This document shows positions 1-9,759 of a DNA stretch of 64,000 bases, piece after piece. The stretch spans positions 1,920,001 through 1,984,000 of the forward strand of contig OZ251459.1 of NCBI GenBank assembly GCA_965242525.1, written 5' to 3'. A program made the translations under genes and the position numbers. Below the pieces are notes generated by a model that saw only the letters and a list, made by a program, of their open reading frames with translations, searched no databases and was not told where the DNA came from. How positions within the stretch are numbered: position 1 is the first letter of the stretch; each line of letters opens with the position of its first letter. This stretch comes from an uncultured Candidatus Binatia bacterium. Its GTDB lineage: Bacteria; Desulfobacterota; Binatia; UBA9968; JAJDTQ01.

Positions 1-2
1 AA

Positions 3-353
3 CGCCATGACCTGATGCATGAAATCGGCGACGCCAACAAGGCCATGCGGAGCGCGGGGGACGCGGCCGCGGTGGCGGCCAACGCCGACAAGCTGGCGGA
101 AGCGCTGGCCAAGATCAACGCCGACACCTTCCCCAAGGGGAGCTCGGACGGCTCCCGCGCGAAGCCGGAGATCTGGGAGCGGTGGGACGAGTTCACGGCG
201 ATGGCCGAGGACGCGGTGGAGCTGGCCCGGAGCATCGCGTCCAGGGCCCGGGCCGGCGAGGCCGCGGCCGTGTCCGAGATGGTCAAGGAATTCGGCAGGA
301 ACGCCTGCGGAAGCTGCCACCGGGCCTTCCGGAAACCCAAGGAAAGGAACTGA
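3..353 (+). CDS. Cytochrome c' / class II cytochrome c, 5'-truncated by the window edge
   Basis: C-terminal CxxCH (CGSCH), 'AKPEIW..WDEF' motif, helical Ala-rich body; the frame is open from base 3. Confidence 0.85.
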   Translation, partial: RHDLMHEIGDANKAMRSAGDAAAVAANADKLAEALAKINADTFPKGSSDGSRAKPEIWERWDEFTAMAEDAVELARSIASRARAGEAAAVSEMVKEFGRNACGSCHRAFRKPKERN

Positions 354-365
354 CGGCCCCGGCGC

Positions 366-638
366 ATGATTACCGCCCACGTGGGAGAGGCCGCGGTCCC
401 GGACATCGAGGCCTGGGCCAACCGCATCATCCGCGGCGAGGACGACTCGGTGGAGGCCGCGGAGTCCTACCACGACGCGGACTCCAACACCTACGTCCTG
501 CGCCTGGTCTCGGGCGCCCGCGTCCTGCTCTTCCGGCTCTCGGAAGCACAGGTGCACACGCCCGAACGCGAGCCCGAGTGCGAGAAGACCCTGCGGAACC
601 GGGTAAGGGAAGTGCGCCGCCTGCTCCGCGGGCCGTGA
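366..638 (+). CDS. Hypothetical 90-aa protein
   Basis: ORF 12 nt after the cytochrome c' stop, host-like codon usage, no recognised motif. Confidence 0.6.
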   Translation: MITAHVGEAAVPDIEAWANRIIRGEDDSVEAAESYHDADSNTYVLRLVSGARVLLFRLSEAQVHTPEREPECEKTLRNRVREVRRLLRGP

Positions 639-683
639 CCTCCTCCCCGGGACACGGGACCGCCGCCGGCCGCGCCGCAGCCC

Positions 684-1652
684 CTACAGCAACCTGGCCA
701 TGTCCTTGGCGAAGTAGGTGAGGATCACGTCGGCCCCCGCCCGCTTGATGGACAGCAGCACCTCGGGCACCACCCGGCTCTCGTCGAGCCAGCCGTTCCG
801 GGCAGCCGCCTTGATCATGGCGTACTCGCCGCTCACGTTGTAGGCCGCGGTGGGGAACCGGAAGCGCTGCTTGACCCGGGAGATGACGTCCAGGTACGGA
901 AGCGCCGGCTTCACCATGACCATGTCCGCGCCCTCGGCGATGTCCGTCTCCACCTCCCGCAGGGCCTCGTCGCCGTTCCCCGGGTCCATCTGGTAGGAAC
1001 GCCGGTCGCCGAACTGCGGGGTCGATTCCGCGGCCTCGCGGAACGGTCCGTAGAACCCCGAGGCGTACTTGGCGGCGTAGGACAGGATGGCCACCTGCGG
1101 GAACCCGTCCCGGTCCAGCGCCGTCCGGATGGCGCCCACCCGCCCGTCCATCATGTCCGAGGGGGCCACCATGTCCGCGCCGGCCCGGGCGTGGGACAGG
1201 GCCTCCCGCGCCAGCAGTTCGAGGGTTCCGTCGTTGTCCACGTCGTTGTCCTCGACCACGCCGCAGTGGCCGTGGTCGGTGTACTCGCACAGGCAGACGT
1301 CGGTGACCACCAGCAGGTCCGGAACCCTGTCCTTGATGGCCCGGATCGCTTCCTGCACCACCCCGTGGTCGGCATAGGCCTCCGACCCCGCCGGGTCCTT
1401 GGCTTCCGGGATGCCGAACAGGATCACGCCGGGGATGCCGAGGCGTTGCACCGTCTCGGCCTCCTGGGCCGCCCGGTCCACAGAGAGCTGGGAGACCCCG
1501 GGCATGGAGCTCACCGGCTGCGCCCGGTCGCGCCCCGGACAGACGAACAGCGGATAGATGAAGTCCCGGGGACTCAACGCGGTCTCGCGCACCAGGTCGC
1601 GCAACGGCGCGGTCCGTCGAAGCCTCCGAGGACGGGTCGCAGGAAACGCCAT
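684..1652 (-). CDS. hemB: Porphobilinogen synthase (ALA dehydratase)
   Basis: [13 protein letters not shown] start, [14 protein letters not shown] Zn site, [26 protein letters not shown]. Confidence 0.97.
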   Translation of the reverse strand: MAFPATRPRRLRRTAPLRDLVRETALSPRDFIYPLFVCPGRDRAQPVSSMPGVSQLSVDRAAQEAETVQRLGIPGVILFGIPEAKDPAGSEAYADHGVVQEAIRAIKDRVPDLLVVTDVCLCEYTDHGHCGVVEDNDVDNDGTLELLAREALSHARAGADMVAPSDMMDGRVGAIRTALDRDGFPQVAILSYAAKYASGFYGPFREAAESTPQFGDRRSYQMDPGNGDEALREVETDIAEGADMVMVKPALPYLDVISRVKQRFRFPTAAYNVSGEYAMIKAAARNGWLDESRVVPEVLLSIKRAGADVILTYFAKDMARLL

Positions 1653-1666
1653 GAGGTCCCTCCCGG

Positions 1667-2488
1667 TTACGAACGGGCGTCCCGTTCCCGGACGCGCTCC
1701 ACCAGGGCCCGGATCAGGCCCGGCACGGTATATTCCCGGGCCACCGCGTCCACGCGCAAGCCGCGCCCGCGGGCCGCGTCCGTGGTGACCGGACCGATGC
1801 ACGCCACCCGGACCCCGGCGTCCGGGAAGCCTGCGCCCGCGGTTTCGAGCAGGTCCAGGAAGGCGTTCACGGTGCTGGGGCTCGTGAACGTCACCCAGTC
1901 CACCTGCTTCACGACTTCCGCCAGCCGCGGGGCGCCGGCCCGCACCGGCTCGTTTCGATAGGCCTCCACCACTTCCACCCGGGCGCCCCATTGGCGCAGG
2001 GTCTCGGGGAGCACGTCCCGGGCCCCCGCCACCCGCGCGAGCAGGAACCCGCGGCCGCGCGCCCGCTCCGGCCCCAGGGCCGCCAGGATGCCCTCGGCGC
2101 GGTACTCCTCGGGCACCAGGCTGACCGAAAGGCCCCGGTCCGCCAGCAGCCGGGCGGTCTGCGGGCCGATGGCGGCGATGCGGAGACGCATCAGGTCCTC
2201 CATGCGGCCGAGAGCTTCGCAGCGCGCCGCGAAGTAGCGCACGCCGTTGGCGCTGGTGAAGACCGCCCAATCCTGGCGGGGCAGGCCGCGGACGGCCTCG
2301 TCCAGGGCGCGTTGGTCATCCGGCGGCGCGATCTCCACCGTGGGGAACGCCACGGTCCGGGCCCCGAGGGCTTCCAGGCCGTTGGCCAAGGCCGCGGCCT
2401 GCCCCCGCGGGCGCGTGACCAGGACCCGCTGACCGGACAACGGGGCGCCGCCGGCCTCCACCGGGGCGGGCATGGCCGGATCTGTCAC
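1667..2488 (-). CDS. hemD: Uroporphyrinogen-III synthase
   Basis: [31 protein letters not shown]; GTG overlapping the hemC stop (alternative ATG at 2473). Confidence 0.9.
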   Translation of the reverse strand: MTDPAMPAPVEAGGAPLSGQRVLVTRPRGQAAALANGLEALGARTVAFPTVEIAPPDDQRALDEAVRGLPRQDWAVFTSANGVRYFAARCEALGRMEDLMRLRIAAIGPQTARLLADRGLSVSLVPEEYRAEGILAALGPERARGRGFLLARVAGARDVLPETLRQWGARVEVVEAYRNEPVRAGAPRLAEVVKQVDWVTFTSPSTVNAFLDLLETAGAGFPDAGVRVACIGPVTTDAARGRGLRVDAVAREYTVPGLIRALVERVRERDARS

Positions 2489-3396
2489 CACCGGGACTCC
2501 CGCAGCACCGCGTCCGCCCCTTCCTCCATCAGCTTCTCGGCGAGCCGGGTCCCCAGGGCGGCTGCATCCGCGCAGGCGCCCGATATGTCCCCCCGGAAGA
2601 TCCGCCGGCCGGACCGGTCCGCCACCATGCCCGAAAGCGCGATCCGGTCCCGGGCCACCACCGCCCGCGCTCCCACGGGCGCCTGGCAGCCCCCTTCCAG
2701 GCGCCTCAGGAACGCCCGCTCGGACTCCACCTCCAACGCCGACGGCTCGTGGTTCAGGAAACGCACCCGCTCCGCGTCGCCGCGCCGGGTCTCCAGGCCC
2801 AGGGCGCCCTGGGCGACGGCCCCCAGCCAAGTCTCGGAAGGCAAGGGCTGGGTCGCCTCGCGCTCCCGGCCCAGACGCTTGAGCCCCGCCAGAGCGAGGA
2901 CCAGGGCTTCCACCTCGCCGGCCGCGAGTTTGGCCATGCGCGTGTCCACGTTTCCCCGTATGGGCGCCACCGCCAAGTCCGGACGGTGGTGCAGCACCTG
3001 GGCCTGCCGCCGGAGGCTGCCGGTGCCCACCCGGGCGCCGGCCGGCAACTCCGACAGGCGTCGGGCCACGCGGCTGACCATCACGTCCCTGGGGTCCTCG
3101 CGCTCCGGCACCGCGGCGATGGCCAGGCCTTCGGGGAGCTCGGTGGGCAGGTCCTTCATGGAGTGCACCGCCACGTCGATGCCGCCTTCCAGGAGCGCGT
3201 CCTCGATCTCCTTGATGAAGACCCCCTTGACCCCGATCCGGTCGATGGGGAGGTCCCGGAACCGGTCGCCGCTGGTGCGGATGGCCGCCACCTCCACCGC
3301 CAGCCGCGGGTAGCGGCGCTGCATGCGGTCCCGGACCCATTGCGCCTGGGCCAGCGCCAGCGCGCTCCGCCGCGTCCCGATGCGGATCCGGTCCAT
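2485..3396 (-). CDS. hemC: Hydroxymethylbilane synthase
   Basis: IGTRRSALALAQ, AVHSMKDLP, GTGSLRR, IRGNVDTR, LEGGCQAP. Confidence 0.97.
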   Translation of the reverse strand: MDRIRIGTRRSALALAQAQWVRDRMQRRYPRLAVEVAAIRTSGDRFRDLPIDRIGVKGVFIKEIEDALLEGGIDVAVHSMKDLPTELPEGLAIAAVPEREDPRDVMVSRVARRLSELPAGARVGTGSLRRQAQVLHHRPDLAVAPIRGNVDTRMAKLAAGEVEALVLALAGLKRLGREREATQPLPSETWLGAVAQGALGLETRRGDAERVRFLNHEPSALEVESERAFLRRLEGGCQAPVGARAVVARDRIALSGMVADRSGRRIFRGDISGACADAAALGTRLAEKLMEEGADAVLRESRW

Positions 3397-3408
3397 GGCG
3401 TCATCCGC

Positions 3409-4713
3409 TCACGGACCGTCCCGCCCCGGGTCCGGCTCGTCGTCCAGGTCGAAAAGCGCCCTCACCGCGTCGTGGTAGGCCGCGTCCCCGCCGGGACCCT
3501 CCTTGAGCCGGGTCAGCGGGCCGTGGAGGATCTTGTTGATCATGGCCGCGGTCAGGTCCTCGACGGCCTTGCGCTCCCGGTCGGAAACGTCCTTGAGGTT
3601 CGACTCCAGGGACTTCCGCAACTCGCCCTGGCGGATCTCTTCGAACCTCCGCTTCAGGGCGATGATGGTGGGAACCCGCTCCAGGGACGTGAGCCACCGG
3701 TAGAACGTCTCCACCTCCTGATCCACGATGAGTTCCCCCTTGTCGGCCTCGCTTTCCCTCCCCTTGAGGTTCTCCCGGGCCACGTCGGTCAAGTCGTCGA
3801 TGTGGTACAGGTACACGTTGTCCAGGCCGTGGATCAGGGGGTCGAAGTTCCGGGGCACGCCCAGGTCGATGAGGAACATGTTGCCCTGCTTCCGCTCCCG
3901 CAGCACTTCCGCGGCCATGTCACGGGTGATCAGCGCCCCTTCCGATTCCACCGAGCCGATGACCACGTCGGCAAGCGTGAGGTAGCGGGCGTAGTCCTCG
4001 AAACGGATGGGGCTGGCCCCGAAGCGGTCCGCCAGCGCCACCGCGGTCTCGAAGGTGCGGTTGGTGATCATCAGGCCCCGCACGCCGTTCTCCACCAGGT
4101 GCCGCACCAACGATTCGCCCATGGCGCCGGACCCGATGACCATCACGGTCTTCTCCCCCAGGTCGTCGAAGATCCGCCTGGCCAGGTCCACGGCCACGGA
4201 GCCCACGGAAACGGGCCGGTTGGCGATGCCCGTCCCCTGCCGCACCCGTTTGGCCACGGAGAAGGAGCGGTCGAAGAGACGGTGCAGGACGCTGCCGACG
4301 GCGCCGGCCTGCCGGGCGATGGAGTAGTGCTCCTTCAGTTGGCCGAGGATCTGGGGCTCGCCCACCACCATGGAGTCCAGGCTCGAGGCCACGCGGAAGA
4401 GGTGCCGCACCGCGTTCTTGCGGGCGTGGTGGTAGAGCCGGTCTTCCGCGGGGTCCAGGCGGACGCCGGGCCGGTTCCTGAGGAAGCCCCCGATCTCCGC
4501 AAAGCCGGCACGGCCGTCCCGGGCCACCGCCACCACCTCCACCCGGTTGCACGTGGACAGGATCACCCCTTCTTCCACCGAGGGGAGCGCCACCAGCTCC
4601 CGGAGGGAGCCGTCGAGCCCGTTGGACGGGAACGCGAGCTGCTCGCGGACTTCCACCGGCGCGGTACGGTGGTTCAGGCCCACCACGAGTATCTGTCGCC
4701 CCGCCTCACTCAA
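3409..4713 (-). CDS. hemA: Glutamyl-tRNA reductase
   Basis: GLNHRTAPVEVRE, STCNRVE, SLDSMVVGEPQILGQ, IDLGVPRN. Confidence 0.97.
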   Translation of the reverse strand: MSEAGRQILVVGLNHRTAPVEVREQLAFPSNGLDGSLRELVALPSVEEGVILSTCNRVEVVAVARDGRAGFAEIGGFLRNRPGVRLDPAEDRLYHHARKNAVRHLFRVASSLDSMVVGEPQILGQLKEHYSIARQAGAVGSVLHRLFDRSFSVAKRVRQGTGIANRPVSVGSVAVDLARRIFDDLGEKTVMVIGSGAMGESLVRHLVENGVRGLMITNRTFETAVALADRFGASPIRFEDYARYLTLADVVIGSVESEGALITRDMAAEVLRERKQGNMFLIDLGVPRNFDPLIHGLDNVYLYHIDDLTDVARENLKGRESEADKGELIVDQEVETFYRWLTSLERVPTIIALKRRFEEIRQGELRKSLESNLKDVSDRERKAVEDLTAAMINKILHGPLTRLKEGPGGDAAYHDAVRALFDLDDEPDPGRDGP

Positions 4714-5527
4714 AGCGGCCCCCGTGACGGCTCAGGAACAACGCGTCCCCCCAGAGGAAGTAGCCCAGGACGATCATGAAACCCGTGATGGTCCAGACCG
4801 CGGCCTTCCTGCCCCGCCAGCCCGCGGTCAGGCGGCCGTGGAGCAGTATCCCGTACAGAGACCAGGTCAGGGCGGAGGTGATCTGGCGCGGGTCCCAGGA
4901 CCACCAGGTCCCCCAATACGCGTGGGCCCACACGCTGCCCGTAAGGATGCCAAGGGTCATGAACGGGAAGCCCCACACCAGGAAGACCTTGTTGAGACGG
5001 TCGAGGGTCTCCAGGGCGGGCAGGGCCTGGCTCCAACCGGCCACCCTCTTGTTCTTGAGCTGGCGCCGGAGCAGCAGATAGACCACGCTCACCGCGAAAG
5101 CCAGGGCGAACACCGCGTTCCCCAGCAACGCCAGGGTCACGTGCAGCGGCAGCCAATGGGTCAGCAAGGCCGGCGGCGTCTCCAGCCCGGGGTCCCCCAG
5201 GGCCACGGACCTCAGGGACATGAGGAAGGCCACCGGCGCCACGAAGCACCCCAGGATCGGAAGCCGATACTTGATCTGTACCGTAAGGTACACGCCCACC
5301 ATCAACCAGCCGTAGAAGGACTGGGTGGCAGGCGTCTGGGCGAGGGCCGGGAAGCCCGCGTCATGGAAGAGCAGCGCGAACCTTGCCGCGTGGCCGACGA
5401 AGCCCGCCAGCAGCAGGCCCTGGCCCGCACGGGAGAATGCCTCCCGCGGAGAGAACAGGTAGAGGATGAACGCGCCCGTGGCCAGGAGGTAGGATCCGGC
5501 CACGGCCAACTGAAGGCTCTCGTGCAT
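4706..5527 (-). CDS. ccsA: Cytochrome c biogenesis protein CcsA/HemX family
   Basis: WWD domain (GSVWAHAYWGTWWSWDPRQ), multiple TM segments, directly upstream of hemA. Confidence 0.88.
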   Translation of the reverse strand: MHESLQLAVAGSYLLATGAFILYLFSPREAFSRAGQGLLLAGFVGHAARFALLFHDAGFPALAQTPATQSFYGWLMVGVYLTVQIKYRLPILGCFVAPVAFLMSLRSVALGDPGLETPPALLTHWLPLHVTLALLGNAVFALAFAVSVVYLLLRRQLKNKRVAGWSQALPALETLDRLNKVFLVWGFPFMTLGILTGSVWAHAYWGTWWSWDPRQITSALTWSLYGILLHGRLTAGWRGRKAAVWTITGFMIVLGYFLWGDALFLSRHGGRFE

Positions 5528-5538
5528 GCGTCCGGGAC

Positions 5539-5544
5539 ATTATA
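5539..5544 (-). promoter_or_regulatory. Candidate -10 box (TATAAT) for the ccsA-hem operon
   Basis: Perfect TATAAT 11 nt upstream of the ccsA ATG in high-GC DNA; no convincing -35. Confidence 0.4.
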
Positions 5545-5590
5545 TCCCATCCGCGGGGGAAGCCCTAGCGTTTCCGGGTCCCCGAAGGGG

Positions 5591-7000
5591 TCAGGATTGG
5601 GCGCCGGGTATGCGGAGACGCTGGCCGGCCCGGATCCGGTGGACGTTCGAGATGTTGTTGGCCCGTTGGAGGGAGGCCACCGACACCCGGTAGCGTCCGG
5701 CGATGGTCGAGAGGGTCTCGCCCCGGCGCACGCGATGGTAGGACCCGGGCGCGGGCGCCGATGCCGTCCTCGGCTTGCGGTCGCGGAACGACTTGCCCGC
5801 GGGGATCTGGAGCCGCTGTCCCGCCCGCAGCCGGTGGATGCTGGCCATTCCGTTGACCGCCTGGATCTCGTACATGGACGCGCCATAGACCTGTGCGATA
5901 CGGGAAAGGGTCTCGCCCCTGGCCACCACGTGGTAGGGGAACGAAGGCGCGGACTCCATGCCCGCCAACGCCTTGCGGAGCCGCTGGCTTTGCAGTTGCG
6001 GCGCCTTCAGCCGGTAACCCTCCGGGATCCACCGGGCGCGGCGGCTCACCGCCGGGTTCCATTCGAGCAGGTCCGACCGGGACACCTTGCTCTGGCGCAA
6101 CAGCGAGGACACCGCCACGCGCCTGGCGAGGCGGATCTCTTCCAGGTGCAGCAGCGGGTCGTACCGGACGCCCGGCAGGTGCCGCTCGACTTCCCGCATG
6201 ACGTGCACCGCGGCGAGGAACTCCGCGTAGAAGTTCTTCGACGCGAACTTGAAGCTGCGTCCGCGATAGCGGCGGATGATCTTCACGATGTCCCGGGATC
6301 CCACTTGGCGCACCGCCCTCTTCATGCCGTTGCGTCCGTGGTTGTAGGCGGTGACCGCCAGCGGCCAGGTCCCGAGCTCCCGGTAGTTCTCCTGCAGCAG
6401 ACGGGCGGCCGCCCGGGTCGCTTCCATGGGGTCCCTGCGCTCGTCCAGGTGCCGCGTGACCCGCATGTACCGTCGTCCGGTGCCGGGCATGAACTGCCAC
6501 ATGCCCACCGCCCCGCGGAACGAACGCGCATCGTTCCGGAACGAGGACTCCACCAGCGGCAGGTAGGCCAACTCTTCCGGCAGTCCCCGGGCGGCGAAGA
6601 CCTTGCGCATGTGGCCCATGTAGCGGCCCGACCGCCGCACCCCGGCCGCGAAGGAATCGCTGATCCCCCGCTGCATCCGGATCCGGTGGGACGGGACGCC
6701 CCGCCGCTGTATCCGGCTGCGTGTGGAACGGAACACCCTGCGCACCTTGGCGTTCCGCCGGACCTTCACCACCTCGTATATCTTCGAGAAGTCCCGCGGG
6801 TCGAAGAACACCAGTTGCGTGGAGTCGTAACGGAGGAAGATCTTCTTCCAGAAGTCCACCGCCGGCTCCAGGCCGGAAGGAATGGTGAACGGGTCCGCGG
6901 CCGGTGCAACGGGGCCGCTTGCAAGCAACGACGGGGGCGCCGCAAACCCGCTGAAGAGGAAGACCAGCAGGCCGGCGATGGGGAGAAGTCTGCGTACCAT
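5591..7000 (-). CDS. MltD-like lytic transglycosylase with two LysM domains
   Basis: Signal peptide, LPLVESSF catalytic Glu, GMWQFMPGTG, AYNHG, two LysM repeats (YHVVARGETLSRIA, YHRVRRGETLSTIA). Confidence 0.9.
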   Translation of the reverse strand: MVRRLLPIAGLLVFLFSGFAAPPSLLASGPVAPAADPFTIPSGLEPAVDFWKKIFLRYDSTQLVFFDPRDFSKIYEVVKVRRNAKVRRVFRSTRSRIQRRGVPSHRIRMQRGISDSFAAGVRRSGRYMGHMRKVFAARGLPEELAYLPLVESSFRNDARSFRGAVGMWQFMPGTGRRYMRVTRHLDERRDPMEATRAAARLLQENYRELGTWPLAVTAYNHGRNGMKRAVRQVGSRDIVKIIRRYRGRSFKFASKNFYAEFLAAVHVMREVERHLPGVRYDPLLHLEEIRLARRVAVSSLLRQSKVSRSDLLEWNPAVSRRARWIPEGYRLKAPQLQSQRLRKALAGMESAPSFPYHVVARGETLSRIAQVYGASMYEIQAVNGMASIHRLRAGQRLQIPAGKSFRDRKPRTASAPAPGSYHRVRRGETLSTIAGRYRVSVASLQRANNISNVHRIRAGQRLRIPGAQS

Positions 7001-7029
7001 GCGGGATCTGTCAACGAAAACTTCGGGTT

Positions 7030-7058
7030 ATCCTACAGCATGTGAGCCGCAATGTCAA
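7030..7058 (-). promoter_or_regulatory. Sigma70-type promoter of the transglycosylase gene
   Basis: TTGACA (7058-7053), 17-nt spacer, TAGGAT (7035-7030). Confidence 0.55.
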
Positions 7059-7099
7059 GTTTTATCGACAACCCGTGGCGGAACGGGATGTTCCGCTCG

Positions 7100-7481
7100 T
7101 CCACGGCCCTGTGCGCAGCCCGATCATCTCCGGCGCCACCTCGAAGACGTATCGCAGGACGAACTCCCTGGTGGCGTTGTCCCGATTGGGCCGGGCCGAT
7201 GGCGCCCCCGGGCCTCGTACAACCGATCCTGGTCGCCTTCGCCCGACCGAAGGACCACCGCCAAGTCCGTATCCCGCCCCGGTCCCAGCGGGAACGGAAC
7301 CCCGTTTCGTAGGCGTACCGGAAAGCGAGGCGGTCGTCGAAGGGCATGAGGTCGAACCCGCGGTCCCGAACGCCCGCGAGAATCCCCTCCTCCAGCAGGA
7401 GACCATCCGGGTCGGCGACCAGGGTCAGCCTGAGACCGTGGGATCAAACTCCCGGAGAACGTGGTCTCGCCAGTCGCACAT
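7100..7481 (-). pseudogene. pglZ: BREX type 3 PglZ phosphatase, 5' fragment with frameshifts and internal deletion
   Basis: Joined across frames: MCDWRDHVLREFDPTV / LTLVADPDGLLLEEGILAGVRDRGFDLMPFDDRLAFRYAYETGFRSRWDRG / DTDLAVVLRS ... DNATREFVLRYVFEVAPEMI, which I recognise as the BREX-3 PglZ N-terminus. Confidence 0.75.
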
Positions 7482-7567
7482 GTGCGAGTCCGGCGGCCCG
7501 GACCGCTGCGTCTCACCAACAGCGTGTGGAATGGGACTTCATCCAGCACCACTCCGGCAATCGTGCC

Positions 7568-7810
7568 TTAGCGCACCACTAGTCTGATCACATCCTCGAA
7601 TTCCGACACGGACCGGCCGACCTGTCGCTCATAACGCTCGACCTTGAACCTGTGCGCGAGGAGATCCGCAATTGCAAGCGCAAAATCTTCGTCTTCGACC
7701 AAAGGCAGCGCCCTGATCTCTCCGAGTGAAATCTCACCCCGATCGAGCAGCAACGCCGCCGCCAAACGAGTTGGAATCACTGAACGATTCGCCATTTCGC
7801 CTATGGACAT
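7568..7810 (-). CDS. Hypothetical 80-aa protein coupled to the SDH protease
   Basis: Overlaps the protease stop by 10 nt and shares its lower GC; alternative ATG at 7795. Confidence 0.6.
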   Translation of the reverse strand: MSIGEMANRSVIPTRLAAALLLDRGEISLGEIRALPLVEDEDFALAIADLLAHRFKVERYERQVGRSVSEFEDVIRLVVR

Positions 7811-8760
7811 TTGATACTCCCGGACGTCCCTGTCGATGCCGAGGCATCGTTCGTTTTCGGATCATCCGCCATCACTCCCGGTGGTACGGTTTCCAGTAAT
7901 CCCGGGGGCAGGTCCTTCAGTTGTTCCCTTAGTTTCGCTTGCTCATCTTGATGCCTCAGGGCTTCCTTTTCCCTGTTGAGCTTATGGATATTCCAAACCA
8001 GATCCAAAACCGCTCCTTCGATCTCCTTTGCTTTCAGGCCCAATCCTTGTGCTTCCTCAATTGTAATGCACCAACTATGATCCGCATATCCGGTCGTCAG
8101 CACCTTGCCAATGTCTTCGGCCTTCGACTCATTTCCCTTGAGCATCCTGGAAGAGAGGAGTCGTTCGACATACTCCCTTCCAACGTCAAGCGACTTCTTG
8201 AAGCTTCCGAGCGTAAGAGGGAACTGCAACCTTTGCATGAGGCCTTCAGCCAATTGCGAATTGCCGCTTGAAAACTCCTCTCGAATGAGTTGAAGGGTTG
8301 ACTCTATATGGAGAGGGGAAAACCTTTCCACCCGCTGTTCCAATGGGTTCATCGCGGTGATCTGCGGATCCAGTGGCCCCAGTTCCGCCACAGGGGTCAT
8401 GAGGATTTCGTCACCAGCACATATCAACAGCGTCGCCGCGCTCTTCGCCCATCGTGGAATGATGAAAGTCAGCCTTTCTTTCCCATACCGACGAAACAGA
8501 AGGGCAAGGTTGTAGGCCGCATCAATATCCCCACCACCGGAATCAATAATCACGTCCAGGGATTTACAGTCGTATTTGCCGGTCCTCAGTTCATCATAGA
8601 CCCTATCGACCAAGGTGCTTCTTATGTCGGCCTCTCCAAGTAGCAACGGAAAGCACTCCGAATTACGAATTTCAGCGAGTTCCTTACATGTATCATCCGT
8701 CTCCTTTTCGATGGAAGAGATCGTTCTCTTCGATCTTCTTGTCGATTTGGAGATCGCCAT
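7801..8760 (-). CDS. SDH-family Clp-fold serine protease
   Basis: IIDSGGGDIDAAY, IPRWAKSAATL (Ser), ELGPLDPQI (Asp), YADHSWCI (His); lower GC than its flanks. Confidence 0.85.
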   Translation of the reverse strand: MAISKSTRRSKRTISSIEKETDDTCKELAEIRNSECFPLLLGEADIRSTLVDRVYDELRTGKYDCKSLDVIIDSGGGDIDAAYNLALLFRRYGKERLTFIIPRWAKSAATLLICAGDEILMTPVAELGPLDPQITAMNPLEQRVERFSPLHIESTLQLIREEFSSGNSQLAEGLMQRLQFPLTLGSFKKSLDVGREYVERLLSSRMLKGNESKAEDIGKVLTTGYADHSWCITIEEAQGLGLKAKEIEGAVLDLVWNIHKLNREKEALRHQDEQAKLREQLKDLPPGLLETVPPGVMADDPKTNDASASTGTSGSIKCP

Positions 8761-8779
8761 TCCGGTACTCCTTCTCTCT

Positions 8780-8860
8780 TCATCCCGTCCGGCTGCGTGT
8801 CACTGCATGTTCGTACCACGTAAGCAATTTCGGGTCCCCCTGGAGAACTCCCTTGAGGAA
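8780..8860 (-). pseudogene. BREX type 3 methyltransferase PglXI, extreme C-terminal remnant
   Basis: VLQGDPKLLTWYEHAVTRSRTG* resembles the VLQEDPKLLMWYDQAxTR terminus I recall for PglXI. Confidence 0.6.
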
Positions 8861-8982
8861 ATGGCGGAGATGACCGACAGGAGCCGGGTCTTGCCCGAAC
8901 CGCTGTCGGCCACCACCAGGACGAGGCGGTTGTAAAGGGCGGCTGCCTCCTCGACCTTTTCGAGGAGGGTCTCTTTGGACAG
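8861..8982 (-). pseudogene. brxF: BREX type 3 P-loop protein BrxF, N-terminal remnant
   Basis: LLEKVEEAAALYNRLVLVVADSGSGKTRLL, a Walker A preceded by LY(H/N)RLVL typical of BrxF; truncated about 10 codons after GKT; no ATG. Confidence 0.65.
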
Positions 8983-9044
8983 GGTCGTCGTTTCCGGTCC
9001 CCGGTGACCCGCGTTCGTTCCGCCGTCCCCTCGGCGCGCGGGGG

Positions 9045-9674
9045 CTATTCCAGCTCGAACGGTATCTGCGTCGGGCCGTACCCCTGCCAGTACTTGCAGG
9101 TCTCGGGATCGTACCTGCCTTGCAGGAAGCCGCCGGGTTTCTCGGCCCGCACGATGATGGCCACGGTGCGCTCCTCCCCGCTCTCTTCGGCGTGGATCTG
9201 CCACGGGCGCACGAGGTCGATCTTGCCCGGCCCCACCTGGGCGTTCTCCGTCTTCCGCACCTCCGCATAGTCCGGCTTGGAGCAGTCGTCCAGGCGCTCG
9301 TAGCGCTCGATGGTCTCGTGCCCGTCCAGCACTCCGTAGAGGGTCCAGTTGTGGGCGTGGTCGTGGATGTTGGTGCGGGTTCCCGGCGCCTTGACCAGCC
9401 CGTTGATGACGAAGCCGTGGTCCGGGTCCTCGTAGAGCAGGAGGTTCTGGGCCCGCTGGCCGCCCTCGGAAAGGCCCCCCTGGTCACAGGCCGGCCACTT
9501 CTCCGACTGGGACTTCACGCCGGGGTCCTCCAGGAGCTCCGCCAGCAACGGCCCCATCTTCCGCCAGCGCGTGTCGGCGTCCGGCTCGTCCGCAAAGAGT
9601 CCGCGCGCCGCGGCGATGAACCGCCTGGCCGCGGACGGCTCCGTCTCCCGGGTCGGCATGGGTCGTGCGCTCAT
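9045..9674 (-). CDS. Cupin / cysteine-dioxygenase-like metal-dependent protein
   Basis: LLYEDPDHGFVI, TNIHDHAHNWTLYGVLDG, PWQIHAE cupin His motifs. Confidence 0.75.
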   Translation of the reverse strand: MSARPMPTRETEPSAARRFIAAARGLFADEPDADTRWRKMGPLLAELLEDPGVKSQSEKWPACDQGGLSEGGQRAQNLLLYEDPDHGFVINGLVKAPGTRTNIHDHAHNWTLYGVLDGHETIERYERLDDCSKPDYAEVRKTENAQVGPGKIDLVRPWQIHAEESGEERTVAIIVRAEKPGGFLQGRYDPETCKYWQGYGPTQIPFELE

Positions 9675-9759
9675 GATGTCTCCTCCCTTCGGTTCCGCTC
9701 CCGGCTGCTGCGGGCGCGGGTGGTTTGCTCCGCGGAATATCCGAGGACCCGGCGCCCTG

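Noticed and set aside
7490-7560. Possible brxHII C-terminal remnant (DEVPFHTLLVRRSG) before pglZ
   Set aside because: The position fits, but the similarity is too weak to call by eye.
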